From Eledone cirrhosa (taxonomy: Eukaryota): 64,000 nucleotides of DNA. The notes under the pieces are model-generated. The model made no database searches and was not told where the DNA came from. It saw only the letters and a program-made list of their open reading frames with translations. Positions 13,204-26,370 of the stretch are shown one piece after another (the stretch's first letter is position 1; every line of letters starts with the position of its first letter). The stretch spans positions 374,542,001 through 374,606,000 of the forward strand of contig OZ024740.1 in the NCBI GenBank assembly GCA_964016885.1. Reading direction: 5' to 3'. Position numbers and translations under genes: made by a program.

Positions 13204-13616
13204 AAAGAATAAAGGTGTAACACACGAGTTGTGATATATTGGTAAAAGGAAAAGAGAATGCTGACAAATTGTTCCCAGTGAAAAATAGTTTAATTAGGAA
13301 TAGGTAAAAATTAGTAATAAGTATTGGTTAGTATTCAGTTTTAGTTTTAAGTATTTACCGTTTGTGCATTTCTAATGCTTTTCAAAAATAATTTTGAGAT
13401 AGAGCGCCCGTGATGTTTGCTCTAATCAGATTAGAGCAAACATCACGGGCGCTCTATCTAAAAGTTATTTTTGAAAAGCATTAGAAATGCGCAACCGGTA
13501 AAAACTTTAAACTAAAACTGAATACTAGTCAACACTTATTACTAATTTTTACTTATTCGTAATTAAACTATTTTTCACTGGTAACAATTTGTCAGCATTT
13601 TATTTTCCTTTTACCA

Positions 13617-13620
<4 letters not shown>
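13200..13620. mobile_element. Fold-back element (192-bp arms, 1-nt loop at 13428) with degenerate U3-A8 hammerheads
   Basis: 13236-13427 is inverted at 13429-13620. At 13463-13506: agttattt TTGAAAA gcatt-aga-aatgc GCAA ccgg TA aaaact. Confidence 0.8.
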
Positions 13621-13652
<32 letters not shown>

Positions 13653-13899
13653 ACTTAAAATAAACGGATACCCGACGTCCACCGCGAACCGTGCCAGAAA
13701 GAACAAAGGACACCACACCCAAGTTACTAACACCTGCTTCATGAAGCTCCCACACTTCAGTGACGAAACAACAACAGCCATCCATAGAGCTATGAGAGAG
13801 AGGGACTAGATATCCAGCTAGTCTACTCAGGACCTTCTCAACGCGGACAGCTAACCGAAAGACACTCCACTAGACATGACAGGCTAGCCAACTGCCCAA

Positions 13900-14200
13900 T
13901 CGCCGACACAGACCTATGCGACCAGGCTTACGTCGTATACTGATTAATATGCAACACATGCAGCAATTTCTAAATAGGTAGCACGCAAGACCACTTCACA
14001 TTAGAATAAAAGATCACCTCAATACTAACTCTTCCTCATTTAAGAAACACCTAGTGAAATGCAAAAACAACGACAAAACATAACAGTTAGGATAGAAACT
14101 AAGGTAAGAAATCTTAGAATTAAAGAAGCACAAATTATAGATAAAACACAAACACCAATCAATAACAGACTAGAATTCAACACCCAATTTTTAACATGAT
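13900..14200 (+). pseudogene. Degenerate PLE GIY-YIG endonuclease fragment
   Basis: Manual translation across stops and frameshifts: VVY*LICNTCSNF*IGST..RPLHIRIKDHLNTNSSSFKKHL..LRIKEAQII..INNR. Followed by a ~138-bp tandem duplication (14190/14327). Confidence 0.7.
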
Positions 14201-14456
14201 AGAGCACGTAGCCCCACACTTACACCTCCACGCACCATCTTGCACACACACGCACGCACACATACACACACACTTACACCTTCACTTATTCTCTCACACA
14301 CACATATATACACACACATAGACCAGTTTTAACATGATAGAGCATCTAGCCCCCACATTTACATATAAACATGTCCTCTCACACTCACACACACACACGC
14401 ACATGCTTACACCTTCACGTATTCTCCCACACACACTTAGACATAGATGTCCAAAC

Positions 14457-16485
14457 CAGTGGCGTAACTAGCTTTTAAAGCCGGGGGGGGGGGGGCAAAT
14501 TCGATCTAAAGGTGGTCCACCAATTCCATACGCTCATTTCCATCGGCTGCAAGGAAATATGTTCATACACGTATATAGAATAGATAATAATTTATAATAG
14601 AGTAGACAGCATCATAGATTACAGAGTTAGCATGCTCAGTGAAAACTTTATTAATTCCGAAGACGGTGGTCTATCTTCAGAAAAAAAACAACATCCAATA
14701 AAACTAGTTTTGCAATCGATTATTCACCAACAAAAATTCGTATGTACAACAAATCGTCCATCTAAAACTTTAATTTCACATTCGAGCACATCACTTGTTC
14801 TACAGATCTAATTTGCGATGTTTTACTTTAGAAACTTTTTCAATTACGATGCTGATGTCAATTCTTTCAGCCAGTTCTCGCTCTATGTACATCATTGCCA
14901 GAGCATTCAACAGCTCTTCACTCATGGTACTACGCAAATAATTCTTTATCAATTTGAGCCTGCTGAAGGTTCGCTCAGCCTGCGCCGAGCTAACCGAAAT
15001 AGTTATGAACATTTTGTATAGGCAAACGTTTGGTTAGGCTCTATCTAAGTCATTAGAAATCATAAACCGAAGGATCTCAGAACTCGATATGGATTTATCT
15101 AAACACTCTTCCTTGTAAAAATCTTTGAATGATAAATACTCGTCGAAGATAGTGTCATTTTCTATGTCACCCTCGTACAATTTCACAAGATTATCGATTC
15201 TCTCTCTATTGCATGTGTCGTCGTCGTCGAAGTGCGCCGGTATCAAGCACGAAAAATCCTTCACTAGATCGTGCAAGTCGGCAAAACGTTCGTTAAAGCT
15301 ACTAATGATTCTATCTAAGATACTGAAATAAACGTCCCGTTTAAAATGCTGCCTCATCGTCTCATGAGGTTCGTCAATGGCATTTTCGTCATGAAAACGC
15401 TTCTTTTTTTTCTTTTTCGTTTGTCTGTTGTAACTTTGGTTCGACTTGACATTGCTCGGCGAGATTTTTAGCGTCTGATAATGTTCGGTCAAAATATTCA
15501 TTTGAGCGGATGTCTTCAATTTCTTTTACTACATTTTCCACTACGTGGAATATAAGTCGATAGCCTTCTTCTGCAAATATTGTGAAACAGAATGCAGCTT
15601 TTTAAGTAAATTCTGAAAAAACTTCAACATGAAAATGATTTCAAACTTGCTCACATTTAGTAGCAAACCTCTGGCCTCGGCTAATACATTCGGAACAGTG
15701 TTGTGAACATCCCCACTTATTATCCTCTCTAGTGCACTTATTACTGACGGTAAGTTGTTAATGGTAACCTCTACAGCCTGAATGTGACTAAACCAGCGCG
15801 TATATGAGAGTCTTTTTAATGTTAATACCGTTGAAGTCAATAGTTTTCCTTATTCTTCTTCGAAGATTTTCAGCCTTGGCAATCTTGATGTTAAGAAAAC
15901 ATACAGGCTCTCCAATATACCAAAACATAATTTACCATCCACTGACGATTGACTAGCATAGATTAACACCAGGTTTAGGTTATAAGCGCAACAATGGACG
16001 TAAACAGCTTTCGAAGAGCATGTCTCTTTAACACTAGCCTGAAGCCCAGAAATATGGCCGGACATATTCGACGCTCCGTCGTAAGCTTGTCCCCTAATAT
16101 ATTGAGCATCGAAGGATAGATCCTAGAAAACAACATTCACAAGCGTATCGTAAAATGATTCAGTGGCTGCTGATTCTAGTTCACAAAACGACAGGAAATG
16201 CTCCTGTGCGTGGCCACATTTTGATACATATCGCAGTGACACAGAGCATTGATCCTGATGCGAAATGTCTATTGTGGAATCGACGATGACTGAATAGTAT
16301 TTTGCCGCTTTCACATCCGTGATTATTTGTTGAGTACATTCGTTTGCCAGGCATTCTATGAATTCGTTTTGTAATTTTGGACGTAAATACACATGCTGTC
16401 TTTTAGTGCGCCCAGGCAAGAATAAATGACTTTCCAAGATCGTATCATACTTGGCCATCAATTTCAACAATTCAATAAAGTTTCC
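14457..16485 (-). mobile_element. hAT DNA transposon remnant (ZMYM1/THAP12-like transposase: DUF4371 + hAT dimerisation domain), 5'-truncated
   Basis: Fragments GNFIELLKLMAKYD, QNEFIECLA, YYSVIVDSTIDISHQDQ, GQAYDGASNMSG, YVHCCAYNLNL, LKRLSYTRW, SVSSAQAERTFSRLKLIKNYLRSTMSEE. TIR-like CAGTGGCGTAACTAG..GGGGGCAA at 14457. Confidence 0.92.
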
Positions 16486-18204
16486 TTCAATTTCTGATTT
16501 GGCACTTTACGTAAGGCCCTATCGTTTGCTAAAGTCAATTCCGACCTAACGAAGGACGAAATTAATATTATTCTAGAGGCAAGACAAACTACTATCAAGT
16601 TTGATAACTGTAACTGGGAACGTAAGGACAGACCCACAAACTTCGATATTACAATGGATTCCAACGACTCAGCGGACGTCACCGATCTTGTGGGAATTTA
16701 CATAGCCCACATACTACATGGTAAATTTAGTAATATACAGGGGGGAATATATAGAGATGACAGGCTCTTATTAGTTAATAACTTAACCAAAATCTTGAAA
16801 GGCTACGGAAAAACATTAGAAAATCTTTTAGTGAACTGAGTCTAAAAATAACATACGAATACAATCTTAAAGTAGTAAATTTTCTAGACGTAACTCTTAA
16901 TTTAAATACCGGACTGATACGACCCTTCCACAAGATAAATGAGAACCTTATCTATATCAATTTTAACTCAAACCACCCACTATCCCTGATCAAATCGGTT
17001 CCCCGTAGCATTTCTCTTAGAATCTCTCGCCTATCGTCTGACTCTGAGATTTTCAGTAAACATGCTGAATACTATAATAATGCATTAAGGAATGCCGATC
17101 ACCGGGATACATTAGAATACATTGATAATAATCTCCATGACACACATAGCTCTACACTGAATCAAAGAATACGTAACCGGGGCACTGAAATACAAGCGCA
17201 CACACGCAGTACCACCAGACATACTAATAATAGAAAATCATCACCAAATAAATGACGTTGCAGAAAGTATATCTGGTATAATCCCATTTTTAATGCTTCG
17301 ATTAGTACAAAACTATCTCTTTCATTCTTTAAGTTAATCAACAAACATTTCCCTAGTTCCCATACATACGATAACATTCTTAACTCTAAGACTGTTAAAC
17401 TACCATACTCCACGGCACCAAACCTTGAAGCATACATAAAAAACTTAACTTAAAGCAATTAAACAACACTACAAAACAAAATATTTTAATAACAGGAGAG
17501 CATAACGTAATATCGGCCTCCCAACCACTAAATGGGAGGCGGGTATTACACAACCCACCAGTACTGCTAAACCAACCTATCCATGGTATACCCGCTACCC
17601 ACAACAAAAACTGTAACTGCCACCTACCTAAAAGATGTCCATTGAAGAATAAATGCCTAAAGTCCAACATTGTTTATCAATGCACTGTTGAATCGAATGA
17701 CCAGAAATGGTATTACATCGTGTCTACCACTACCTATTTTTAAATCTCTCTGGTAGCGTCATCGATTCTCAATTAAACATCTAATCACCGTTTTGTGACC
17801 CCGCTCGCCAACAAGACCTGGCAACTCCTTGAACGCAACCAACAGTACACCTTGAAATGGGATATACTTTCCATCGCTAGTTTATATCGGAGTGGATTGA
17901 GGTACTGTAGGTTATGTAACCTTGAACTCTTTTACATCTTAAAATCAAAAAAATAGTTTACTAAATGATAGAATAGAACGATCATTATACTACAACCACA
18001 AACTGAAGGCTAAATTCTCTCACTATAAAATAACTTAACATTCGAACCCGTAACTTTAACATTGCTTTCTAGCTAACCACTTTCTCTTCCCCACACTACA
18101 AGACAATACCCTGCTTATCACTATAAATGGAAACTTAGTGCAATTTACACCCATCACATAGCTTTCCTCTGTCCCCTCTCTATCTATCCCTCTCTATCCA
18201 TTCC

Positions 18205-18239
<35 letters not shown>

Positions 18240-18696
18240 GGCCTAGGTCCACCTCCCTCTCCACATCTATGAACCTGCTTTCTGTGGCAATAAATAATTC
18301 TAACCTTGACTATCAACGCATCGTTTAAGGTGGTCGCTTTATGAGTAAACAGTATTATAAAACCCCTAACACATGTTGATTAAGATGTCTACAAACCACT
18401 CTCATCCATTTCTCCAACCCCTGCATATCTGTCTCTCTCTACCTCTCCTCTTCTTTTCTCTCTTTCTTTTCTACTCTATCTTCCCCAATAACCTCACTTA
18501 GGGGTATTTACATTGTATATTTTAACCATTCTGCTCTGATGATACAGTGGTCACAGCATTTGATAATTGAGTTTTGCAAATAGTTATAAATTTGCACATA
18601 GCATAACTAGGCTGTATAACCACCGTGGGAACATCTGTAAGCACACAGAATAAATTACCGTTTTATGATGTCTATCTGTTATTATTCATTCTTTAT

Positions 18697-18700
<4 letters not shown>
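16486..18700 (+). mobile_element. Decayed Hydra-like Penelope element (RT + GIY-YIG to ~18035, then 3' UTR/pLTR)
   Basis: FDITMDSNDSADVTDLVG, GGIYRDD, VNFLDVTL, SNHP, WYNPIF, CNCHLPKRCPLKNKCL..IVY, CRLCNLE. Ends at (TA)n. Confidence 0.9.
18532..18643 (+). ncRNA. Degenerate hammerhead with long stem II
   Basis: tgct CTGATGA tacagtggt...accaccgtg GGAA catctg TA agca. GAAA is mutated to GGAA. Confidence 0.65.
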
Positions 18701-18750
<50 letters not shown>

Positions 18751-18752
<2 letters not shown>

Positions 18753-21700
18753 AAACCGTGGACCCCTGCACACACGGAACCTGTTCCAAAATCGTAGATC
18801 CCAACCCAAAGGAATCAAAGGAATAAAATCTACAACCCGGACCATCAACAAACCGAACCTCAATACGTCCGAAGCTTCTATACAAGACCACACAACAACA
18901 GAGGAAATGCCATTATATATAATAATACCATTGACAAAACATTCCAGAAAAATCCTTTTTTAGACCAAGGCTACAGGACCAACGACACTCGGTGGCACAA
19001 ACCGATTTTGAAAAACCGAAAATAATCAACCTTTCAAATACAAACCTCTCAGCCCAACAAGTTAAATGTTGCTCCAAAGGACTGAAATTTACACCAACAC
19101 CACAATACTCTAACCACAATGAGATAAATGACGATATCTCACACCTCTGTAGAAAAGTACGTCTCACATGGGAATATTTTGACAAGGAGAATAACGACGT
19201 ATCAATTGTACGGAACGAAAGCAGCTACAACCCAACAAAAGGTAGAAACAGAGTTCTGGACAAATAGCTACTTTCCAATACCATGAACTACCCCAACCTA
19301 AACCAAAACCCAACACGAGTCGAAGGGAATGGTAGATTATCCATGAACTAAAAAACAATACGGATATTATAATTTAGGAAGCGGACAAGGGAAGTACTGT
19401 TGTCATTATGGATGCTGAAAAATATAAAGATTGTATGTTCTCTCTCTTACAAAATACTATTTAATATGAAAGAGTAAAAAACTACCAGCAATCAAACAAT
19501 GACCAGATTAAACACACTGATTTGTCGATACCAGGAAGACTTAACTAAAAAGGAACGCGATTATTTAATATATTTTGAATACAAAACCAGCAACCTTTAC
19601 GGACTTCCGAAGATCCACAAGTGTAAAATAATTAACGATGCCTGTAAACAATCCATCTCAGCCTGCGTGAACACTCAATACCCCACATACCTTAAATTAA
19701 GACCAATTGTAGCGGGTCCACAATGTGAAACACACAGACTGAGCAACTTTATAGACATACTACTGAAACCAATTCTCAAACACATAGCAAGCCTTGTAAG
19801 AAACGATCTGGACCTATTAAACCACCTCCCCAAACATGTCAAGAACGGCACTATTATTGTTTCTTTCGATGTAGTGAATCTCTACACAACGCTCCCACAC
19901 CAATTCGGACTAGAATCAATAGGATTCTAGCTAGAGAAATATCCCAATGAGAGACCTAGCAGAATAGAAAAAAGCTTCATCACCGAGGAATTAACATTTA
20001 TCTCACAGAACAACGTTTTTGATTTCGATGGCAGTACTTGAAAGCAAATATCGGGGACTGTGATGGGTACAAAGGCCGCTCCAACTTATGCCGACTTAGT
20101 CATGGCATACTTAGAAGTCCAGATATATGAACGGTCCAAAGAGAAATACGGATTGAACTTCCACAAATATTTATCAGAGAATTGGAAACGCTACTTGGAT
20201 GATTGTTTCATTATTTGGTCCCACACATTCGACCAACTGAATGATTTCAAAAATTAAATTGACGGCATCAATAACCACATCCAATTCACAATGGAATACA
20301 GTCAAGATCAACTCCCATTTCTGTATATCTTAATCTTAAAAAAAGACACAAATATCGAAACTGACATACATTACAAACCAACAGATTCCAAACAATACCT
20401 GCTATTCACCTCCAACCATCCAAAGCACACGAATACGAACATTCCTTTTAACATAGCGAGAAGAATTTGCACAATTGTCTCCAATTATGAAACTCGAAAT
20501 AAAACACTTCAAGAATTAAAGGAAATTCTACTCGAAAGACAGTACCCACCATTACTAATAAATAATGGAAAAGAAAGGGCTAAAGCAGTTTGCATTGATT
20601 AATTACGAAAACAGAAACAAATTCAAGGTACGTCCAATATTCTATCATATAGCTCAACACAAAACCTAAGAAATGCGGAAGCTTACAACACTATTCACAA
20701 GAACATCCCACTATTGAAATAAGACCCAAGAATGAAAAAACCCTTGAAACACACAAAATAATCAAAAGCAAAAGACAATCGAAATCACTGAAAACATTAC
20801 TCACCAATGCCAAATTACCTACCACAAACCCACAACCAACCGTCAAAAAATGTGCTCGCTCTAATTGTGGAACCTGCACTCACCTCATTGAAAGCAACAC
20901 GTATACATTTTAATCAGGACAAAATTTTGCTGTAAAAAATCACATCACGTGCTCATCAAATAATCTACATTATGCCATTAAATGTAAAAGATGCAATGAA
21001 GATTATATAGGACAAACTAAATTCACACTGAGAAACAGATTAACAGTTCATCGTCAACAATTACGAGAACCAACCACGAGACAAATACCACTAAGTGCAC
21101 ATCTAAACATATGCGCAAGTAATAAGACACCCACATTCCAAGTCTTCCCATTTTACCTACGCTGACAATAAAACAGTACAAATACGAATAAATGGGGAAA
21201 ATATGTTTATTCAAAAATATAGACCAGCATTAAATATGGTTTAGTATACATTATGTCAACACCATAACATGCTAACCATCCAAATACACACACACACACA
21301 CACATAACACCTTCTACTTTAGCAAATAAAAACCCGTACTAAATAAACCTTAACTTACATTTGCGCTTGCAATACAACAGAACAAATACGAATAAATAAG
21401 GAAAATATGTTCAAAAATATTTCTACTAACGGAATCATTTTCCTACACACACACCGCACACACACACACACACAACATATATATTCTCTTCATCTAACAT
21501 GCTAACCATACTCCCTCACACACATAACACCCATACACACACACATAACTCCCCATCCACACACACACACAACTCCCTCCCCCAATTCTACTAATATAAT
21601 CACTTTCCTACACACATACACACACACAAAATATATATATTCTCTCCATCTTAACATACTCCCACACACACACACAACCCCTCCCCCATTTCTACTAATA

Positions 21701-22392
21701 GAACATTCTTCCTATACACACACACCCACAAGCAAACAAATAAACATACATATTTCCACTTTCTTTATTTCAATAGAAAGTCTGAATTCTGACACCCCAG
21801 CAAACCACCTATATTCACTGAACCAGAACAATTCTCCCATCCCATTTCTCTTGACCATTATATTTTGTTTGTCATAAAATTCTCTAAAAGGCTACAAAAT
21901 AAATTCCCAAATACGGGCGCGAAATTTAATGAATTTGTTCACGTGACAACTTAATTTCATTTATAACCAATCAAATTACATTTATAAAAAAAGCCTTCGT
22001 GAGCCACTTTTTTAAAGTAAAAAGTAATTCAAACAAACTGGCGCGAAAGCTGATGTGCTTATTCACGTGACTGCATCAACTAACCGAACTTCATTCATAT
22101 ATGAAAAAACAACGAGAGCCCCCCCCCCCTTGTTTGAAGAACTTTGTAACATACGAAACAAGTAACATTCAAAGTTCAACCAGATGTGAGAAAAACCACA
22201 GACTCTCCATCTCAACCCTACTTTTGAAAAGCAAAAGAACTGCGAAACCGGTAAAGGAACCAAATAAATTTATATATATTTTTAGAAATCAGACTCCAGT
22301 TGCAGTTTCGATTTCATCTTTTTTTCTTTATACTTTCACTCGTGTAGGACACTTCGGTTATTTTTCATTTTGTAAAAAACATCACTTTCTAA
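18751..22392 (+). mobile_element. Near full-length decayed Penelope-like element, Neptune-like (ORF remnants ~18990-21245)
   Basis: INLS..SKGLKFTPTP, ADKGSTVVIMD, LYGLPKIHK, LRPIVAGP, SFDVVNLYT, MGTKAAPTYA, WKRYLDDCF, KPTDSKQYL, KCARSNCGTC linker, CKRCNEDYIGQT. Many stops. (TA)n at both ends. Confidence 0.92.
22221..22257 (+). ncRNA. Minimal hammerhead, U3-A8 core variant
   Basis: ctt TTGAAAA gca-aaagaac-tgc GAAA ccgg TA aag. Confidence 0.7.
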
Positions 22393-23875
22393 TATATATA
22401 TATATATTATCCATGACTTCTAACCAATTTTCCGTTACTACTCAGAGTTTCAAGATGTTTTCCGTTTGATTACAGTAGAGCAAACTTGCCCGCACCATCA
22501 ATCCTCAGGCTTTGGAGCAAAATGCATATGTTCCCAAAGTCTTGTTTAGTTCCAGATGAATGCTTATTTGCTATGTATTTTAGATGTATAGATTACTTCT
22601 AGGCTTATAAATCGAGTGTTTATTGTACCGTGTTTATATATATATATTCTTTCCAGATTCTTGTGAAAAAGTAGAATCTTTCATTGCGAATCAGAGTTCG
22701 CGGGTGGGGATCGCGGTGAAAGAACTAAGTGGACTATAATAACGAACTTTTGGTACCTAGTCGCAGAGGAGTAATTTTATTTAAAATGTTTGCTCACTGC
22801 TGCCATGAAAATAGTACTGCATCCTCTGTGACATGCACGAGCCTATCTGTAGCTTTACTCCTGATCAATATATTTTCAACACGTTTCGCCTTATTGAATA
22901 ATTTATGATTTCAAATATTGCCCAGATCCTTGCTTTTGATTGTGATCTCCACCCTCTCCTGAATTATTGTGTTAATCATGGTGAATCCGTGGCTCATTTG
23001 GCTTTGATAATGGCACGCTTAATTTCATATTTCATTAGTGCTACCCGCCTTCCCCTTATGAGAAACCATATACTGTGTGGTCTACTCATTAGCCTTGCTT
23101 GATTTAAATATTACTAACATTTACCAATTTAATTTTATGACATTTATCGATTCATGTTCCATCTCACCCTGACTTTTTCTCTACAACTTTTCTATGTGTT
23201 GTTTTGTTCTCTATATATATCTAGTCATTAATATAGACAGCTTATAATAATATGCTGCACATAGTAGTAAACTATTTTCAACTTACCAGTAATATATTCC
23301 TTTTTTTAAGTAGGACAAATTCAAGTTATTTAATTTCATTTTACATTGTTAATGTTATTCGGCATGTTGATATGTCTCCAAATGTTTTCTGATGTCTAGA
23401 ATAGATACATACTCACTTATACTGAACCTAATTATTCCAAAGATTTCTTCACCTGCAATGAAATATTCAATTCACCTTTTTCACAGCGTTTCACAGCGTT
23501 TCACAGAGTTTCATAAAGTAACTTCCAACACGTGCGGACATGCACATATCTGATCATTTTTAAGCACGACTACATTTCTCGTAAAATCCAGTGTACATGC
23601 ATTACTAAATTTTTCTGGCTCTAATGTTTCTGGACAAGAACTCATATATGAATTATTTATCTCTCTTTTCGTCAGATTGATTAGTTCATCGCTTATGCTG
23701 TGAAATGTATTCATGCACATTTCTATAATTACGCACATATATATACATATATATTGATGTGGATGTGGTTGTGTTTGTATATAAGTGCATTTATACCTAC
23801 ATATTATAAAGGGTCGTGAGCCGACGACTGAGCTCATCTCCGTTTCAATAACTACTTCAATATTTATATATATGT

Positions 23876-23935
<60 letters not shown>

Positions 23936-23944
23936 ATGTATGTG

Positions 23945-24493
23945 TAAAAGAACGCTTACATACTCAAACAGTTTTTATTTGCAAACAATGTTTCATCCAT
24001 ACCGTTTGGTAGGTGTCCTTAGAGCTTAATAAATACAATGCTGAGTATGAGCTCCAAACGGCTCTGTTCTTGTACATTGAGCTAACACAATACTGTCATA
24101 ATACAACACGGTCCATGTGTGTTTATGCACATATGCTCCGTGCTATACGTAAATAAATAATACTGCTCCCTCTAGTAGAGCTAATAAATATAACCCACAC
24201 AACCACTGGTGTATGCTTATATAAAATTGACAGTATGCTAACCAAAGACTATCTACATTTGTCACTTAAGAACATAGCCATCCCATCTCCGATTGTTCGT
24301 GTGACTAGGCTCTGTGGAACCTATACTCCAAACTGTGTTTATTAAGCTCTGAGGATACCCACCAAAAGGTATTGTTGAAACATTGTAAGCAAATAAAAAC
24401 TGTTTGAGTATGTAAGCGTTCTTTGGTTTCTTTTATATATAACGACTCTTTCCTTGTACATTGAGCTAATACAATACTGTCATAATACAACAC
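23945..24493 (+). mobile_element. Retrozyme-like 384-nt unit with 41-bp direct repeat, HHR at 24346-24390 and an inverted 5' arm
   Basis: cttgtacattgagctaa..taatacaacac at 24069 and 24453. gct CTGAGGA tacccaccaaaaggtattgtt GAAA cattg TA agc. 23945-24066 is the diverged reverse complement of 24305-24425. Confidence 0.65.
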
Positions 24494-24880
24494 TTTTTCA
24501 ACACACCTACACCCATACACCCATACACATATTAAAGGGGGAGACCCCCCACCACTACACCACAGACATGTTAAATCCCTATATATAGAACAACACACCA
24601 CATACACATCAGTTTGACAAGCGCACCTCAGCGTGAAAGGTCGTTCTAAAAACGAAACAATACCTCCTACGTTAACCAAGAACTCCTAAGACCTAACCAA
24701 CAACCAACAACTTAATTTATAAAATAATTTTTTTTAAGAAAAAAAATGTTTCTAATCCGGAAAAAAAAATTATTTTTGGGATTTTGTGAAGAAAATAAAT
24801 TTGTTGAAAGCACAAGTGAAGCCATTTTTTCATCCCCCCTGTCTTAATATACCTAACTGTACCAAGGATTACACACATTT

Positions 24881-24885
<5 letters not shown>
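24491..24885. mobile_element. Family C dispersed repeat end; inverted near-identical copy at 63431-63780
   Basis: Shared gttaacgtaggaggtattgtttcgtttttagaacgacctttcacgctgagg. Terminus ctgtaccaagg..cattttccaa(TA)n. Confidence 0.75.
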
Positions 24886-24936
<51 letters not shown>

Positions 24937-24950
24937 TTGTTTGTATGTAT

Positions 24951-25773
24951 GTTCTTCTGGTTTTATAATTTCACAAATGTTTGCCAATAGAGAGAGGGTC
25001 GGTTTATAACATAGACACAAAACACTCTCATTGGAATTTACACATCAATTAGGTAAATATGTCTGCATGTCTGCATGCATGCATGTGTAGATATGGATGT
25101 TATTGTTTGTGTGGGTGTGGATGTTTTGAGTTGCATGTGTGCATGTGTATATGCTTAGTATCTGTACATATTTTTACTGTTCTATTGGATTGTACTTGTA
25201 ATTTACAAACTAGTGGTGTTCCATCTGTTCCTGTGAAGCCCAGCTTCTCATGATTTGTATTGAGGCATTTACTAACATACCCCAGGCTTAAATCTGAAGG
25301 TATAATCAGAGTGGAGTATCTGCAGATTTCTCATCAGTTCTGCATACATATTCTCCTTTTCGCTAATCTTTGATATTATATTGGCATCTGATGGACAGCT
25401 AACTTCCACTACTGTGCATGCCTTCTTTTCCCTGTCCCATATCATAATATCTGGTCTGCTGTGCCTGCATTTTATTGGGGGTTTTACTCGAACATTCCAC
25501 CAGTACGCTTTCATATTATGTATATGTTTGTCTTCCACATTGCGGTGCTTTTAATGTGTTTATTATCGGGACTCTCTTTTCTACGGATTGCATTGTACAG
25601 TGTTTTGGCCACTACATCATGCCTCATAGGTAGATAGTACCGCGATGACATCTTTGGACAACTGCTTATGACATGGGTGACATCTTCTATGTTAATTCTG
25701 CAGAGTTTGCATCTGTTATCACATCGAAGTGTTTTGTCTGCATACCTATCTCTTTTGTGAATCAGGTATTTCG
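24951..25773 (-). mobile_element. 3' fragment of a restriction-like-endonuclease LINE (R4/Dong-like) in a (TATG)n tract
   Basis: CKLCRINIEDVTHVISSC (CCHC), RHDVVA, WWNVRV..RPDIMIWD..VEVSCP..KISEKENMY. gtat repeats on both flanks. Confidence 0.88.
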
Positions 25774-26234
25774 TGTATGTATGTATGTATGCATGTATTT
25801 ATGAATCTTTGTATGTATACATCTATGTATGTATGTCAGGTCAGTCATGTAATGAGGTTATCGATTATTTTCTAGCTCGTTCTGGCCTCCAAATTGTCTT
25901 GCTTTTGTTTGTGTTAGAGTCAATTACCTATTACAATTAAGTTTTTATTACTATGTATATCATCATCATCATAATGAATTACGTCCATGATATTCAGTGA
26001 AATTACTGATATTATTCTATCTACAAATATTGTTGATTGAATATTGCGCACATAAACATATACGAATGTACCGATAATTTCTGATAGAGTCGTAGAGCCA
26101 ACGTAGACACAAAACACGCTCATTTTAAAACAGGCGGATCACATCACATCCCCAGGTATGAAACAGTAGGTTTCTTCCAGAGAAAGAGAATAGGAATGTG
26201 TGTATTAGAAAGAGAAATAGTACTGGATTTGTAA

Positions 26235-26370
26235 TTTTCTATCGACTTCGAAATGATGAAATGTAAATGTGATGTTGATGAGTTTGGAACTCAGAGTACA
26301 GAGAGACGCAGCTGACTGGGAATCGCATCCTATCCGTCATTCTAATGCTTCGGCGGTATATTACTGCATA
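26235..26370 (-). mobile_element. Old SINE-like remnant (similar pieces at ~31240-31330, 54250-54525, 63170-63290)
   Basis: Degenerate gatgaaa..tttggaactcaga motif recalled from cephalopod SINEs; recognised from memory, not by search. Confidence 0.35.

Noticed and set aside
18990-21245. In-frame stops in PLE ORFs as possible selenocysteine recoding (known in Naiad PLEs)
   Set aside because: Stops are mixed TAA/TAG/TGA with frameshifts, the endonuclease is C-terminal, and no SECIS was seen; this is ordinary decay.
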